Assembly (NCBI GenBank): GCA_973895155.1
Contig: OZ316892.1
Location: 11,174,420 to 11,238,419 of the forward strand
Source of the DNA: Marsupella aquatica
Lineage: Eukaryota > Plantae > Marchantiophyta
Length of the DNA: 64,000 nucleotides
Reading direction: 5' to 3'
Below the pieces are notes generated by a model. That model was not told the DNA's origin. It ran no database searches and saw nothing but the letters and a program-made list of their open reading frames with translations. Numbering within the stretch: the stretch's first letter is position 1; each line of letters starts with the position of its first letter. Of the stretch, positions 38,101-51,068 are shown one piece after another. A program made the position numbers and the translations under genes.

Positions 38101-41100
38101 TTATCATTCTTTAGCTGGTTGAGTTCATTACGAGAGTCTTTCAAATCTGCATCTTGGGTGGACATCCTTCGCTTCATCTGCTCAAGTTCTTCATTCGCAC
38201 CTGCAAGACACCTTTCCGCGTTGGCTTTTTCAGTCTTAAGCTGGTTGAGTTCATTACGAGTGGCTTTCAATTTTTCATCCTGGGTAGACATCCTTCGCTT
38301 CAACTGCTCAAGTTCTTCATTTACACGTACAAGACGCCTTTCCGCGTTGGCTTTATCATTCTTCAACTGGTAGACTTCTTCAAACATTTGTCCTTTGTAT
38401 TTAGACTTCTCTTTTCGTTGTCGCTCAATTTCTTCAATTGCGGATGCATGACTTTCGTCCACCTTAGCTAACTTTTTCTTTAACTGATTAATCTCGTCAA
38501 TGGACGATCTAATAAGATCTTCATCCAGTTTCTTCAGTTTGTGCAGTTGATCAGTTGCCGTCGCTAGTCCTTTGTCCTGCACTTCTCTTTCCCGTTTTAG
38601 CCTATTTATCTCCTCAACCATGTTTGCAGCATCCTCGTCCTGCGCTGCTTTTTGTTTCCTTATCTGTTCCAGATCATGCATAGCCTGTGTTACACGCTGC
38701 TCCATTTCTTCAGATTCCTTAGTCGTAGTTGCTGCCTTTAACTCATGGATAACTTTTTCATTTCTCAACTGTACTAATTGATTATTTGCCAGTGCTAGAT
38801 CATCTTCCAACTTAGACTTTTCTTTCTTCAATTGATCAAGGGCATCTGTCAATGTGTTCATGTCTCCTAGACTATGTTCTTTTTCATTCCTCAGTTGTTC
38901 TAGTTGATCAGTGGCCAGGGCTAGATCATCTTCCAGCTTGGACTTTTCATTCTTTAATTGATCAAGAGCAGTGGTTAACTGGGTTGCTTCTCCTGCATTA
39001 AGCTCTTTGTCCTTGTAAAGCCCGTCAAGCTTTTCCAAATCATCCTCACGAAGTTTCTTTAGTTCTACCATTGCTGAAGCTTGGTCAGATGCAGTACGAG
39101 CTGATTCACTTCTCAGTTGTTCTAATTGATCAGTTACAAGCTTTATATCATCCTCTAACTTGGACTTTTCTCCCTTCAACTGATCAAGAGCTTCGGTCAA
39201 CTTGCTAATTTGCTCTGTATTAAGCTCTCTGTCTTTGTAAAGCCCTTTGAGCTTTTCCAAATCATCCTCGTGGAGCTTCTTCAGATCCGCCATGGCTGCA
39301 GCTTCATCCGATGCAGAAAGCGCTAATCTGGTCTGCAAAGAAACCAAATCTTCGTCGACTTGTTTCTTGTCAGCTATTGCATTGTGCAAATTTTTCAACA
39401 GCGTATCCTTCTCGGCCCCCACATTTTGTAAGGCTAATGTCTGCTCATCTGAAGTGGCCCTCACCTGAGCCAATTCCTCTTCTAGATTCTTGAGTTGGAC
39501 TTTCACCTCTTCCGCATTCCTCCGTGACTCATCTCTTTCACTTATAGCAATAACGAGCAACTCTTTCGTTTTTTCTAAGTCATTCTCTAGATCTTGATTG
39601 GATGCCGATAGATCGTCTCTTTGCTTTTGGAGTTCGTTGTGTTTCTGATCATAGCCAACCAGATTGCTTTCGTTCTCTTTGATTGACTGCTGCAGCTTAT
39701 TTCTCTCATTTTCAGCTTCCTTTAGACCCTTCCTCAGATCTCTCATTTTATTTTTCAGTTTTTGCATGTCATCGTCCTTGTGTGCAAGGGTTTGTGATTT
39801 TTCATCAACCGCAAGTTGAAGCTCGTTACGAGATTGCTCCAATGCCTTCTGTAGATCTGCGAGCTTCATAGCATTTTGTGCTTCAGATGCTCTCATAGCA
39901 TCTTCGTTTTTCTTCATACGCTCAAGCGTCTTTCTGAGCTCGTCTGTCTCCTTTGCTGATCTCCTTTGCTCGTCGTCCAGATTTTTCTGAGCTCTCTTCA
40001 AATCTTTGGCTGCCTTCTTCAGGTCATCTTTCAACTTTTGAGTTTCATCATCCTTCTTCTTAAATTGAGAAGATGATTTTTGATTAGATGTTTCCACTTC
40101 GTTCTGCGTTTCTTGCAACCTCTTTGCCATCTCTCGAAGCTGCTTGTCATAGGAAGCTTTTAGAGTCTCAGCTGCCTGGTCAGCCAAATCCTTTTCCCTT
40201 CTTGCTGACTCTTTCAATTGTGCCAGCTCGTGCAAAATACTTTGTTTCGCGTCTTCTGCCTCTTTCAACTTATCCAAGGCTGTGTTCCTCTCAGACTCGT
40301 TGTTGTTCATTTCCATTGACATATCGTTTGATTTGTCTTGAGATTTTTTTAGATCATCTTGTGCGCGCATCAAATTTTTCTCAACTTCTTGTAGCTTTGT
40401 CTTAGCTGCAATCTCCCCTTTTTCTTTCTCTGCTTTTAGGTTATCTATTTTTCCAATTAAGAGCTTGTTCTCATCTGCAAGATTTCTCTCTCTCTGATCA
40501 GCTGTCTTCACGAGACTTTCAAGCTCTTTGGCTCTTTCGGCCTGTTCAGTTTTCAACCTCTCTGAATCACTTGATTGCTTGTTTAATATAACTGCGCCGT
40601 CCTTTTGGGCTTTGTTCAATTGATTCTGGGCTCTTTGAAGTTCTTTCTCCAGGGCTGAAAGTTTTTCAGCATTTGATTCTTGCGAGGTCTTAGAGGCAGC
40701 TCCCAATTTTATTTTTTCTGATTGACATTTGTCGAGGTCATCTTTAAGCTTGAGCATCTCACTATGGAGGCGGTCCTTTTCCTGCTCATAAGTCTCCCAC
40801 ACACTTTGAGCACACCAGACTTTCACATTCTTTCCTGATGCAAAAACCCAACACATATATTCCACTCTCACCATGGCCTTGACGTACCTGTGAAATTGAT
40901 AAGAAGCGTAAGCCAAGATCGTCAGGACCAGAAGTGCAGATCGGCAAGCATCTAAGCCCAGTTGGTAAGCAATTGGAAGGTCAGGTTGATTGAGACTCAG
41001 AATGCTCTGTAAATCTTGAGGCATTTGGAATACAGTAAAAGATGGTTCTAGTAGTAGGCAGAGCAGCTGTTCTGTACCCGCCATGATCTCCAAGGCTAAA

Positions 41101-42964
41101 TAGCAATTGACAAATTGATGCATCCCAAACAAGAACTGTATGATCACCCGATCCACTCCACACATTACCACCCATGACCACAAGACTCCCGACGGGGCCC
41201 TTGTGAACGTTCAACAGTTTTTTTAAGCTAAACGTCAGGCCACTCCATACTCTTATCGAGCCATCTTCACAGCCACTCCAGATTGCATCCACACCGACTT
41301 TGCAGAGAACCAGAACTGCCTTTGTGTGACCTGCTCACAGAAATCGTCAAGAACATGGTTGGGATCAAGGGTAGTAGATAATCTGTTGCAAATATATCCA
41401 ACATATGTACTCGTGTCATACATGTTTTCTGAAATTTCAAGTATTGACGATGGCCCCATATACTACAGTCTGCTAAATCAGCCCGACAGCGGCATGCTCC
41501 GTCAAATTGTTGGAACTCTCAACTGTTCTAAGTATATAACTGTCCTAATTCAGCCAGTCTGTGTTTCATAGACTACCATACCAACAAGGACTCCCAGACT
41601 GGGAATAGGGCTGAAATGATAGTTGTATTTTACCACTGAGCACCTTGACTTCAGTTGCAAGTTCATGATGGGTATTACTGTCTTGTAGAGAAGCTACTGA
41701 TATGAATGTGTCGTTGGAAGAACCCCAGAGCTTAAAATTCGTCTGGTCTGGTTTGTTGCGGGAAACCAGCAGATCCCTGATCGAACCGTGATGATGATTA
41801 TATGCAGACAATGCGACGCCTTGCAGATCCCATTTCTTGATCAAAAAGTCATCACCTCCTGTATTGAAATTGCAAAGCATACACTGAGCGTATTATTCTG
41901 TTGCGACCCAGGTGCCTCATAGCTGTCCAAGCATAATTTGCAAAATTGCATCTTGGCCACAAGAAAACCAGAAGAAACCGTCAGGGGCATCTTGGATGGA
42001 TGCTATGGTCCACAGATGTGGCTGCCAATAAACCACAAGCCTACTAAACCAAAGGACATATTGTTGGGCATATTGAGAAATTCTGATTGGAAGAAACGGC
42101 TGTCATTGCATGCACTACATGAAGCAAAATAATCTTGTAGGATAAAGAGTACGAAAAAATTGGACAGTCACACACAGTAGTGGTATGACATCGTAAACGG
42201 ATCTGTTATCTCAATAATCCCAGATAAGCTGCTCTTGGTACTAACTTCTAAACTCCATATGCTCAAATACTGAAGGTCTGCAAATTATGTAGGCAGTACA
42301 TTGTGATCACCAGACCATACGCAATTATTCCCCTCGGCAATACAGTTCACGGCTGCATCATGAGCATGGACAATTTGGTTCCCCAAACTTTTGGATTCCA
42401 GCCGCATAGTGGCAATGTTGCCGTTAGCTAAACCTGCCCACATCTCCGTGCCTTTTTTCACACTCACCAAGGCATTCACAGGTGCTGCAAGCCCGCTCAT
42501 GAACACTTGACTTGTTGCATCCTGTAAACAAATAGGCTTGTAAGCAAATAGGCTGCAAGAATTTTCCAACCCAGGAAATGGAATCCATTTCAAAACGTCA
42601 CGCAAGTCTGCCAGCAATTCTGCAAACAACTAGCATAGCTACGTGACGACCATGGCTGTTATGAAAAATTTCGCCTGCGATCCAGGAAAATAGAGGATAA
42701 ACTTGATTCCAACCAAGTTCAAGAGCAGCAACAAAGTAGAAAATGTCGCAAGTGGCTTGCAAGATTGCAAGATTCGTCAGAGGATCAATCAAGAGTAGCT
42801 TGGGATTCATCAACAACGTGGGGATCGGCAAAAATCGATGTTCATACCTGAACATTCCATTCAAGAAGAGTCCCTTGGGTGTCAGCAGTGTAGAGGATCT
42901 TTCCAGTTTGACAGGCACACCGCACATCCGCTTGTAAGACTGCAACCAGGGAGGCTGTTCCCAT
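35124..42964 (-). CDS. Uncharacterised WD40-repeat + very long coiled-coil protein. Exons 42964-42848, 42521-42311, 41858-41634, 41330-41078, 40887-37485, 37176-37121, 36934-36738, then probably 36332-36268, 35851-35693, 35351-35124 (3' exons uncertain)
   Basis: WD40-like repeats (HDAAVNCI...VWSGGDDFLIKKWD, GHTKAVLVL...IWSGCEDGSIRVWS, HKGPVGSL...VWSGSGDHTVLVWD) spliced in frame onto a 3.4-kb E/K/L/Q-rich heptad exon. Confidence 0.75.
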
Positions 42965-44444
42965 TGCCCAGGCCCATAAAATTCAGTCGTCGCCAAGATT
43001 CAAGAACTGCCGAGTCGTCAGTTGACTTAATGTCTGTCATCTCAAAGACCCAAATTCTTCCATGAACAGATGGCGATCCTGGTTGTACGGGACAGATAAT
43101 GCCTCATGACAATCACTAAAAACTGGAAAGCAAGCATTGGAACTCCAAGCAGATGCAGGCCCCTCTCTACAAACAAGTTGGAGGGAGTTCTTCCCCCATC
43201 CAAACGACTCATGGAGGAGCCCTGACTGCCTTCAGATTTCCGCATCTGAGTAGACTGGGCAGGTACGTAAACTGGGGGCCCATCAGACAGGATAATCCTC
43301 AACATCCAATCAATCCATAAGTGTTTTCAAATGAACAAATTGAACGACTTCACAGTTTGGTAGAATAGAATTTGAAATATTGCCCGAGGAATTTCCATCT
43401 CAAATTTTGAAAATCTACAGCACGGGACTGATGCCTAGTGGGCCTATTCATACACAAACCTCCGGAAAATAGCAAGAATTTGACAGGTGGACCATAATTG
43501 TCTAATTCTAGTTGATTTGAATTGAGTTGAGTTGAATTGAATTGAATAGAACTGAGTTTAATTGGGCTGGCCTGTACGGAAAAGAATTGAATCGAATCGA
43601 CTTCAATTTGATTCGATTCTGAGTAGAGGCCGACTTTGGCGGACAGAAATAAACAAAGCATATTAAAAAAGGAATACATCTTCTTGGAAATTTACTCTTG
43701 CATAGACGTACACGCGGTGGCCTAGTTTACCTTCTAGATTCCGAAGAATAGCTGGGGCATCAGGTGGTCGCCTCAACGGCACGACCCCGATGGAGAGGGA
43801 ATTGTCGGGTTCTTGTCCTACATCCGATCTTCGCCGAATTCGCTTCGCCATGCTATAATTATCTTGGACGCAGGCTAGAATCCTTTGCAGCCTTTCACCT
43901 CCCCAAAGGCAATGTACAATGCAGGGCCAGCAGAAGATGGAGAATTCATGCAAGGATGTTATGATCACAATAATCTGCAAGAATGTTGTCACGATCTGTG
44001 CAGGGATGGCGAAACAATTATCATCCCCTCGACCTTTGTTTCAAACCGCGTGGTGGGCTTATCTACCCTCGCATCGATCGATCAATCTTCAATGAATCAG
44101 AGCTCCGAACCTGTGGTCAACAGATTCAAACATTGAAGAGAATCGTCTCTAGTTTGGTTCAACTGCTTCAGTTGAATGAATTGAGCAAAATGTCTTGTTT
44201 TCAACTGCTTCAGTTGAATAACAAAACTTCTGGTCATGCTACTTTTCTCGCATCAGGGTCTGGGATGTTGTCATGGTCGCTGAATTAGTAGTACACCAGT
44301 AAGACTTCAAGTGTACATGAAAAGCACATGAAAAAGACTCACTGCCCATCATATAGGGGTCTCAAACTTGCTTTCTCCCATTTTTTGTCCAGCAGTTTTA
44401 AGAAATCTAACCTAGACCAGAACTCAACTTTCTGGCCAACAATA

Positions 44445-44541
44445 CACAGGGTCCAGGTTTGATATGGGTTTCAACACTCTCCCGCAGGTCAGCTACCCTA
44501 TGAATTGTCTTAGTCTGAATTTTATTTACCTGGACCCTGTG
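44445..44541. mobile_element. 97-bp Tc1/mariner-type micro-MITE
   Basis: Perfect 18-bp IR AATACACAGGGTCCAGGT (44441-44458) / ACCTGGACCCTGTGTATT (44528-44545), with TA immediately outside CACAGGG...CCCTGTG. Confidence 0.7.
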
Positions 44542-45256
44542 TATTTACCAAATCATAGGTTGCTGTTAGTGTTATACAATTTGGAGGGAGTCCTGGTAAT
44601 TGCACATCACAAAAACTAACAGCAAAATAAGTTTTAGAATGACAATCAGTCATTTAAGCAAAATATTTTTGGTTTATCATATGGAGTGATATTTTACACA
44701 ATATGTTGCTGATGTGCAATTACCGGGACGCATTTGGAGGTGGTTAGAATGAAAGAATATATTTGGGGTAGACGTGAGGCATTGGCAAATGTTTGGAAGA
44801 TAGTGGAGGAGGACAACTGTGCATCAGGCCAGCTTGGACCAGACTGGTTTTGCACCGTTGTAGAGTTCAGACACAGAGTTAGTCTCGGAAGTTTCACTTT
44901 CACAAAAATCGCATATCACGTGCGACAAAGGATATGGTCATTTTATTGGTTCTAAGTTAATACTTTAGAATTTTATCAGAAAAACAATAGGGTCTTTTAT
45001 ATCCAATTTTGATACTTCTAAGAACATTAGGGTCTTTTTAATCAATTTTGGAATATTCCAACTTTATGGGGATTCAAAAAAAATTGAAAATTCTTACATT
45101 TTAGGGAGTCCGAGGTGATGGGGATGTTGGAAGTTAGTACGTAAATCTTGTTGACTTGGGTGATTAATTAGGGTGATCAAGCTCCTTATATTAAGGTGGG
45201 CTGCCTGGTTATATTAGGAATTGAGCACATGCATTGTCTATTCCTCTGGACCTCTC

Positions 45257-45615
45257 TGTTGAGCATAGACGACACTCGCAACGGTAAGCACATGACACAT
45301 CCAACGCGCAAGTAGTCGACACAAGAGATACGTGGTTCACCTCAGACCTCGAGTCTACATCCACGGGAACACACAAGAGAGCTTTACTGAGCTCTAAGCC
45401 TATCGCCTAAACCAAGTCTCCACAGTGTAAGCTCTCCTCATCTCTCAAGTGGCTCCGTAACAATGAGCCTAAGTTCCACTTATCCAAGCAAACACCGCTT
45501 GGCATATAGTGTGCATCCTAGTTAACCTAACCATGTCTCTGACTACGGTTAGCCTAACTACGGTTACATGTAATAACCGAGGTCATAACCCTAGACTTTG
45601 AGTAAATACCTAACA
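45257..45615 (-). mobile_element. Solo LTR, 359 bp, probably Copia
   Basis: TGTT...AACA termini, 5-bp TSD CTCTC (45252-45256 and 45616-45620). GAACCACGTA motif on the minus strand suggests orientation. Confidence 0.88.
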
Positions 45616-45779
45616 CTCTCTTCTGCTTTGCTGGGCATCTCCTATCCAGCCACGACACCCTTATCTCCCCGCTTTACATGGCAACATCAGCTGATCATAA
45701 TTGTATTTACCTTCCCAGTGTTAAGGGACTAAATATACAATCATGAGAAATTTTCTTCATGGTTACTTTCAACTCCAGC

Positions 45780-47800
45780 CCACAAGATGTCTTCTTTGGA
45801 CACCACCAAGATCACATTCTTAGATAGTGATAAGCTTATTGGTGCTCAAAACTATACTATGTGGGGTTCATTCTTGAGCAGAACCTGAGGGAGAACCGGG
45901 GGGAGAAGGATCTATGGTACATCGTCCACCCTGCAACTCATGGAGGCAGCACAACCCGTAATTAGCAAGCCTTGGGATCCTCACTCTCTGGAGCATCTAC
46001 AAGTAATAGAACCGGTACTCATCAGGATCTTCATCACCTGGAGCATCAACAAGCAACGGGACCACCACTGCTGTTCCAAGAGCAGCCTATCCTCATTTTG
46101 AAAAACATAAAGAGAGAGTAATAATCATTATTACCAAGATGGTAACATCATCTACCTTTCCTACTGTGCGTCAACTGCGTGATGACGTTGACAAGCTCTG
46201 GGGAACTCTCAAAAGAAACTATGAATCGTCAACTTTGCAACAAATACTTGATCTTAAGTCACTCCACTCTTGTTGAGTATAAAATGATGGAGGGTACGTC
46301 TGTAGAAGACTACCTCAAGAAAGTTGACCGACATGTCATGGAGCTTGGATGTGTTGGGGAAGAGATTCCCGATAAGGAATAATCCCGATTGTTCTCAGGA
46401 ACTTGCCCGAAAGCTGGGCACCTTTGAAGTCTATTTATGGTGTTTTGTACTCGAAAAATGGCACAGCTACTTTTGCAGATTTGGAGAAATACCTCCAAGC
46501 TGAGGAGATGCGATGTAAACCTTGTCATGAACCAGATGATGTCAACCTGCTATTGACCTATCAACGTCAATTTGACATAGGAGGGCGAGGACCCAGTCGC
46601 GGAGACAGCAACTGCAGCTACTGTGGCAAACATGGCCATTGGGAGTCAGACTACTACGTGAAGGGAATCAACAATGAAGTCAAGAACATGACAATTAACC
46701 AGCTCATTTCAATGAGAAATTGTGTCTCAAACATCTACGTATCATTGGTAGCATTGCATTTGTGCATATTCCCTCCCACTTACGTCATAAGCTAGGCGCT
46801 CACTCTATTATATCAATTCTACTCGGGTACGATCAACATAGCAAAGCATACTGCTGCTATGATCCAGTCCAGAAACGCATCCTCATCAGTTGTGATGTAG
46901 TCATTGATGAATCCACACCGGAGGATTTCTCGTCCATACCTCGCTCCTCGATCAGTTTATTTGGCATCTTTCCATTTGATGATCCACCTTCGTTGGCCCC
47001 AGCTCTCTCTCCTATCATTGAGGGTTCTATTAACCCTCAAGAGGGGATTCAAATCTAGAAAGAAAAGAAATGGAAGTCCACAAAGGCAACACTCCACAAG
47101 ACAATGATCCGGGGAGCACATTCAACAAGTATCGGAGCCAACTATTGACACATCGGCACCATCAATCACCACACAACTACTCAGGTCCAAACCTCTACCA
47201 CCACGTCGACCACCAGCAGGTCAGATACTCATTGGTTTTTGGGTCACTACATGTATGTGGCATCCCCAGACCAGGACCTCACTATTGCTTTACTTGCTGA
47301 CTCCTCAAATGACATCCATTTTGAAGATGCAATTCGGGATGAGGAGTGGCCAGCCGCAATGCAATCAAAGATAGATGCCCATGAACGCAACGGCACATGG
47401 GAACTAGTTGAACTTCCAGAAAGCCAAAAGCCTCTCTCTGCCAAGTGGGTACTCAGAGATAAAATTGACCATGCTGGAAACATCGGAGCGAGAGTAGTGG
47501 CAAGGGGAAATGAGCAAAGACCTGGACTAGACTTTGAGGATATGTTTGCTCCAGTAGTAAGGTGGTCCATCGGAGCAAGAGTAGTGGCACTGGCAGCTGC
47601 ATAGGGATGGCCAATTTCCCAAATAGATGTAGTAATAGCATTTCTGAATGACACTCTAAAGGAAACCATATTCATGGATCAACCAGCAGGGTTCGAAGTC
47701 CACGGGAGGGAGAAATTTGTGTGTTGTCTCCTTAAATCCTTATATGGACTCAAGTAGGGTCCACTAGCATGGCATGCTGAAGTAGACTCCTTTCACTGGC
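45780..47800 (+). mobile_element. Decayed, internally deleted Ty1/Copia retrotransposon
   Basis: Gag-like KLIGAQNYTMW...KDLWYIV, zinc knuckle CSYCGKHGH, post-integrase LRIIGSIAFVHIP...LLGYDQHSKAY, RT N-terminus W..AMQ....HERNGTWELV...ARVVARG..Q.PGLDF...APV...IDV..AFLN...KSLYGLK. Many stops and frameshifts. Confidence 0.9.
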
Positions 47801-48013
47801 ACTAGTAGTGCCATTCTTTGCTGTTGTCAAAGTTCTCCCATATACAAAATGTTATGGGAAATGTTATGGGGTGGTTATCCCATATATGTTATGGGGTGAA
47901 ACATTTTAGACTAAAGATTCATATGGGGCTTGTATTTAGGTAGCCCCTAACTCTTTTAAGTCCTGGCCATAAAGCACTTTTATGATCTTGGCCATATCTC
48001 ATTTATAGCATTA

Positions 48014-48243
48014 CGAGCCCTATGCCCGTGCGTTGCACGATGCAAGGAGGCCGGGCCGGCCCATAGGGAGTCAGGCCGGGCATTTATGGGGCAACACATA
48101 TGTGCCAGGGTGCATATTTCCTCTATCAATGATCAGGGAAAATAACTAATCGAATCTAATGGTTGTGTATCTTTCCTGCCCAAGTGCTTTTTAAATTGGG
48201 ACAAAAGACTAAAAAATGCGGGACCCCTTATTATACTTGTGGA
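48014..48243 (-). mobile_element. Short non-autonomous Helitron
   Basis: Minus strand: host A, then TCCACAAGTATAATAA..., 3' hairpin CGTGCAACGCACG, GGCATAGGG, CTCG (CTRR with one change), then host T. Confidence 0.7.
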
Positions 48244-48724
48244 TGACCTTAGCCATATATCATTTATAGCATTGACACTTCATACGAAAACCCCAAAACC
48301 CTCGAAAGTTATTTGAAGAGAAAACGGCGTATAGAGAGAAGGACGCTACAGCTGCTCTGCGGAGAACTGTACTTCCAATCGAAATCTTTCCAAGAAGGCA
48401 ACAATCGTCGTGAAAAGTTCAGAGTATGGACTCGGTAATGGCACAGCGATGCATTGGAGACATAATGCGCAACAAAGTGCGGCACCAATGATGTTAGGGC
48501 AATATGCTAGAAGATCGACCACGTACAAATCCTTGCAGGCAGAAACTGGTCAAAATCTCGTCGAACAAATGCTCCTTGTGAACCAGCCACTGTCGATGTC
48601 ATTGATTGTGGATTCGTAGAGTTTGTTCGGGACGTCGTACATTCGGGGAAATTGAATTTAGTCTTTCAGTGCCACACGGAGAAGAGGGAAGGACCGGGAG
48701 GCGGATTTAGGGTTTGGAATCGCC

Positions 48725-51068
48725 ATGGAAGAAATACATGCTTCTTCAATTCCGCTGCAGGAAACGGCGGAGTTCGTGGCAAGCCGGATGCTGGATGACA
48801 GCCTGAGCATAGCGGACAGGTGGTGGGCGCTATTCTCCTTGCGAAACATGAAAGGCGCTGTGGCTCGCGAAGCTCTCGTAAAAGGTTCGTTTGGCTTGGG
48901 GATGAATGCAAGCACGGCAGATGTTTTCAGTAGAGCATGTGTGTGGAGCTTATACAATTTTAACAAACTCTAGACCGTTTAGTAAGAGTTAGTTTATGTC
49001 GTTGCTTTCTGCAGCATTTTGGTAGCAGTGGGAAGATCTTCAGATTGAAAGCACAACTGTCAAGGACTTCACAACCGACCAATGTCTGCAGAAGTGATCA
49101 TTTAAGCTGGGCAAAAGCACTGCAAATGATTTGACGTCAGGATGCTAAAGAAATGCCAAATTTAATGTCACAGAGAAATTATGGAGGCTGTAGAAGGGGT
49201 TTTAGATTTCCATAAGTCACTCGTGAACTTTACACAGACACTTTAATGAGTCTCAACGAGATAAAATTTAGGGTTGGAATTCCCTGAAATCACCTTATGA
49301 AATTGAAAAGACTCTGTCCCGCATGGAGCTTTGCAACCAACAATTTGCCACAATCTAATCGACGATATTTTGGGATGTAGCCATGAGAGATCCATCGAAC
49401 TTGTTGGCGCATGAGGCGGCTTTTGCGCTGGGCCAGATGCAGGATGCTGAGGCCATTTCAGCGCTGAGAAATGTATTGGAGGATGTTGCTTCCGTCTCCT
49501 CTATTGTCCGCCATGAGGTGATTTCTAGATTCTACTACTCGATCCCATCTGCAAATGGGTGTCCATATCGACATTGAGGTCCATGATTAGATCTATTCGA
49601 TACCCTTACAAGATGCTTGTCAGGTTTTTCCGCATTTCTGACCTCGCACTTTGAATTTGTAGGCAGCTGAGGCACTCGGCGCCATTGGTGCACCAGAGGG
49701 TATAACGTTGTTGAAGAAAAGCCTAGTATCAGATCCTGCACCTGAAGTCAGAGAAACTTGTGAATTAGCTCTGCGGAAGATTGAGCAGGGTATGGCATCT
49801 ACTGCTGGTGATGGTGAAGATACTTTGGATTCACCCTTCTTTTCTGTTGATCCTGCTGGGCCTGCCGGTAGCAAGTTGAGCACAGCCGATCTAAGGTACC
49901 TTCCAACCTAACATCCGAAATTTCTCGGTGCCAATCTAGAGGTTGATCGGACAACCGTGCTATGGACCGCACAGCACTTGTAGTAAATACTGGGGCAAGT
50001 TATTGTCTGGGGGTTGGTTGGTCCCGGTTAAGTGTTTTTCGCCCGATATTTCTGAACAATTTAGTCATCTCCAATTGAATCTGTGATTTGTGGTTGGCTG
50101 GAGACAGAAAGACTTTGTTGGATGTGGATGTCGGAATGTATGAACGCTATGCGGCATTGTTTGCACTTCGGAACCGTGGAGGTGCTGAAGCTGTGGATGC
50201 CGTAGTTGCGGCATTGGGCGCCAACAGTGCTCTCCTTCGGCATGAGGTTGTTTCCAGGAGCACTTACCAATTCGGTCGTTACTAATTTCTAGGATGAAGT
50301 CTTCCCTAGAGCTTTGATATCTGTATGTACTGGTCTCCCAGTAGTACGCAGTAAAATTGTTTTAGGGGGAGGTCTCTGCGTTACAACGAGTTAGTATGAC
50401 AATTGCATTATCTTGCGTGATGGTTCTCACGTGCAAGATACTGGCCCTTCCAGGTTGCGTATGTTCTTGGGCAATTGCAAGATAAATCTTCTACAGATGC
50501 TTTAGTGAGGACCTTGAAGGATTCTTCTGAGCATCCCATGGTTCGACACGAAGCTGCAGAAGCCCTTGGCGCTATTGCCGGTAACTTAGAGGACCCTTAA
50601 AATGAAAGCTGCAAGTGTCTATGTTCTCGATGTAAACTTTCCACAGTTTGCCTGCATTCAACTTCTCTGTAGAAAACAATATGTGATGGAATTACACAAG
50701 CTAAGGTAGGTGACTAAAATTGCGTGCATTTTGCAGACACCCAAAGCATTGCGCTTGTGAGAAAATTCCAGAGTGATCCTGAACCGCTAGTCGCTCAAAG
50801 CTGTGAAGTGGCTCTGAGTTTGCTTGACCGAGAGCTTGAGGGAAACTCTTTTCAGGTAAATTTCACCAATGAGTGGTTGGGCGTGGATTGCTGGAGTTTC
50901 GTGTCCTTGCTGTACTTTATCTTGTCAAGGAGTTGAAACGAGGCTTCAGTCTTGGCTTCGAAAAGGTCTAACTGCCCAAAAACATTCATTCAGCTAATAT
51001 CTGATCCGTATCTAATGTGGGTTTGATGTTGCGTGCAGCACTTGTACATTCAAACTCCTGTAGCATAG
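48725..51068 (+). CDS. DOHH: Deoxyhypusine hydroxylase. Exons 48725-48884, 49381-49517, 49663-49895, 50108-50246, 50454-50580, 50737-50855, 51039-51068
   Basis: HEAT-repeat halves with four His-Glu motifs (AHEAA, RHEAA, RHEVA, RHEAA), [20 protein letters not shown] and the SVDPA linker. Confidence 0.95.

Noticed and set aside
40888-41183. N-terminal ~100 aa of the 1252-aa ORF
   Set aside because: It is intron plus an out-of-frame WD40 exon. The real exon starts at acceptor 40887.
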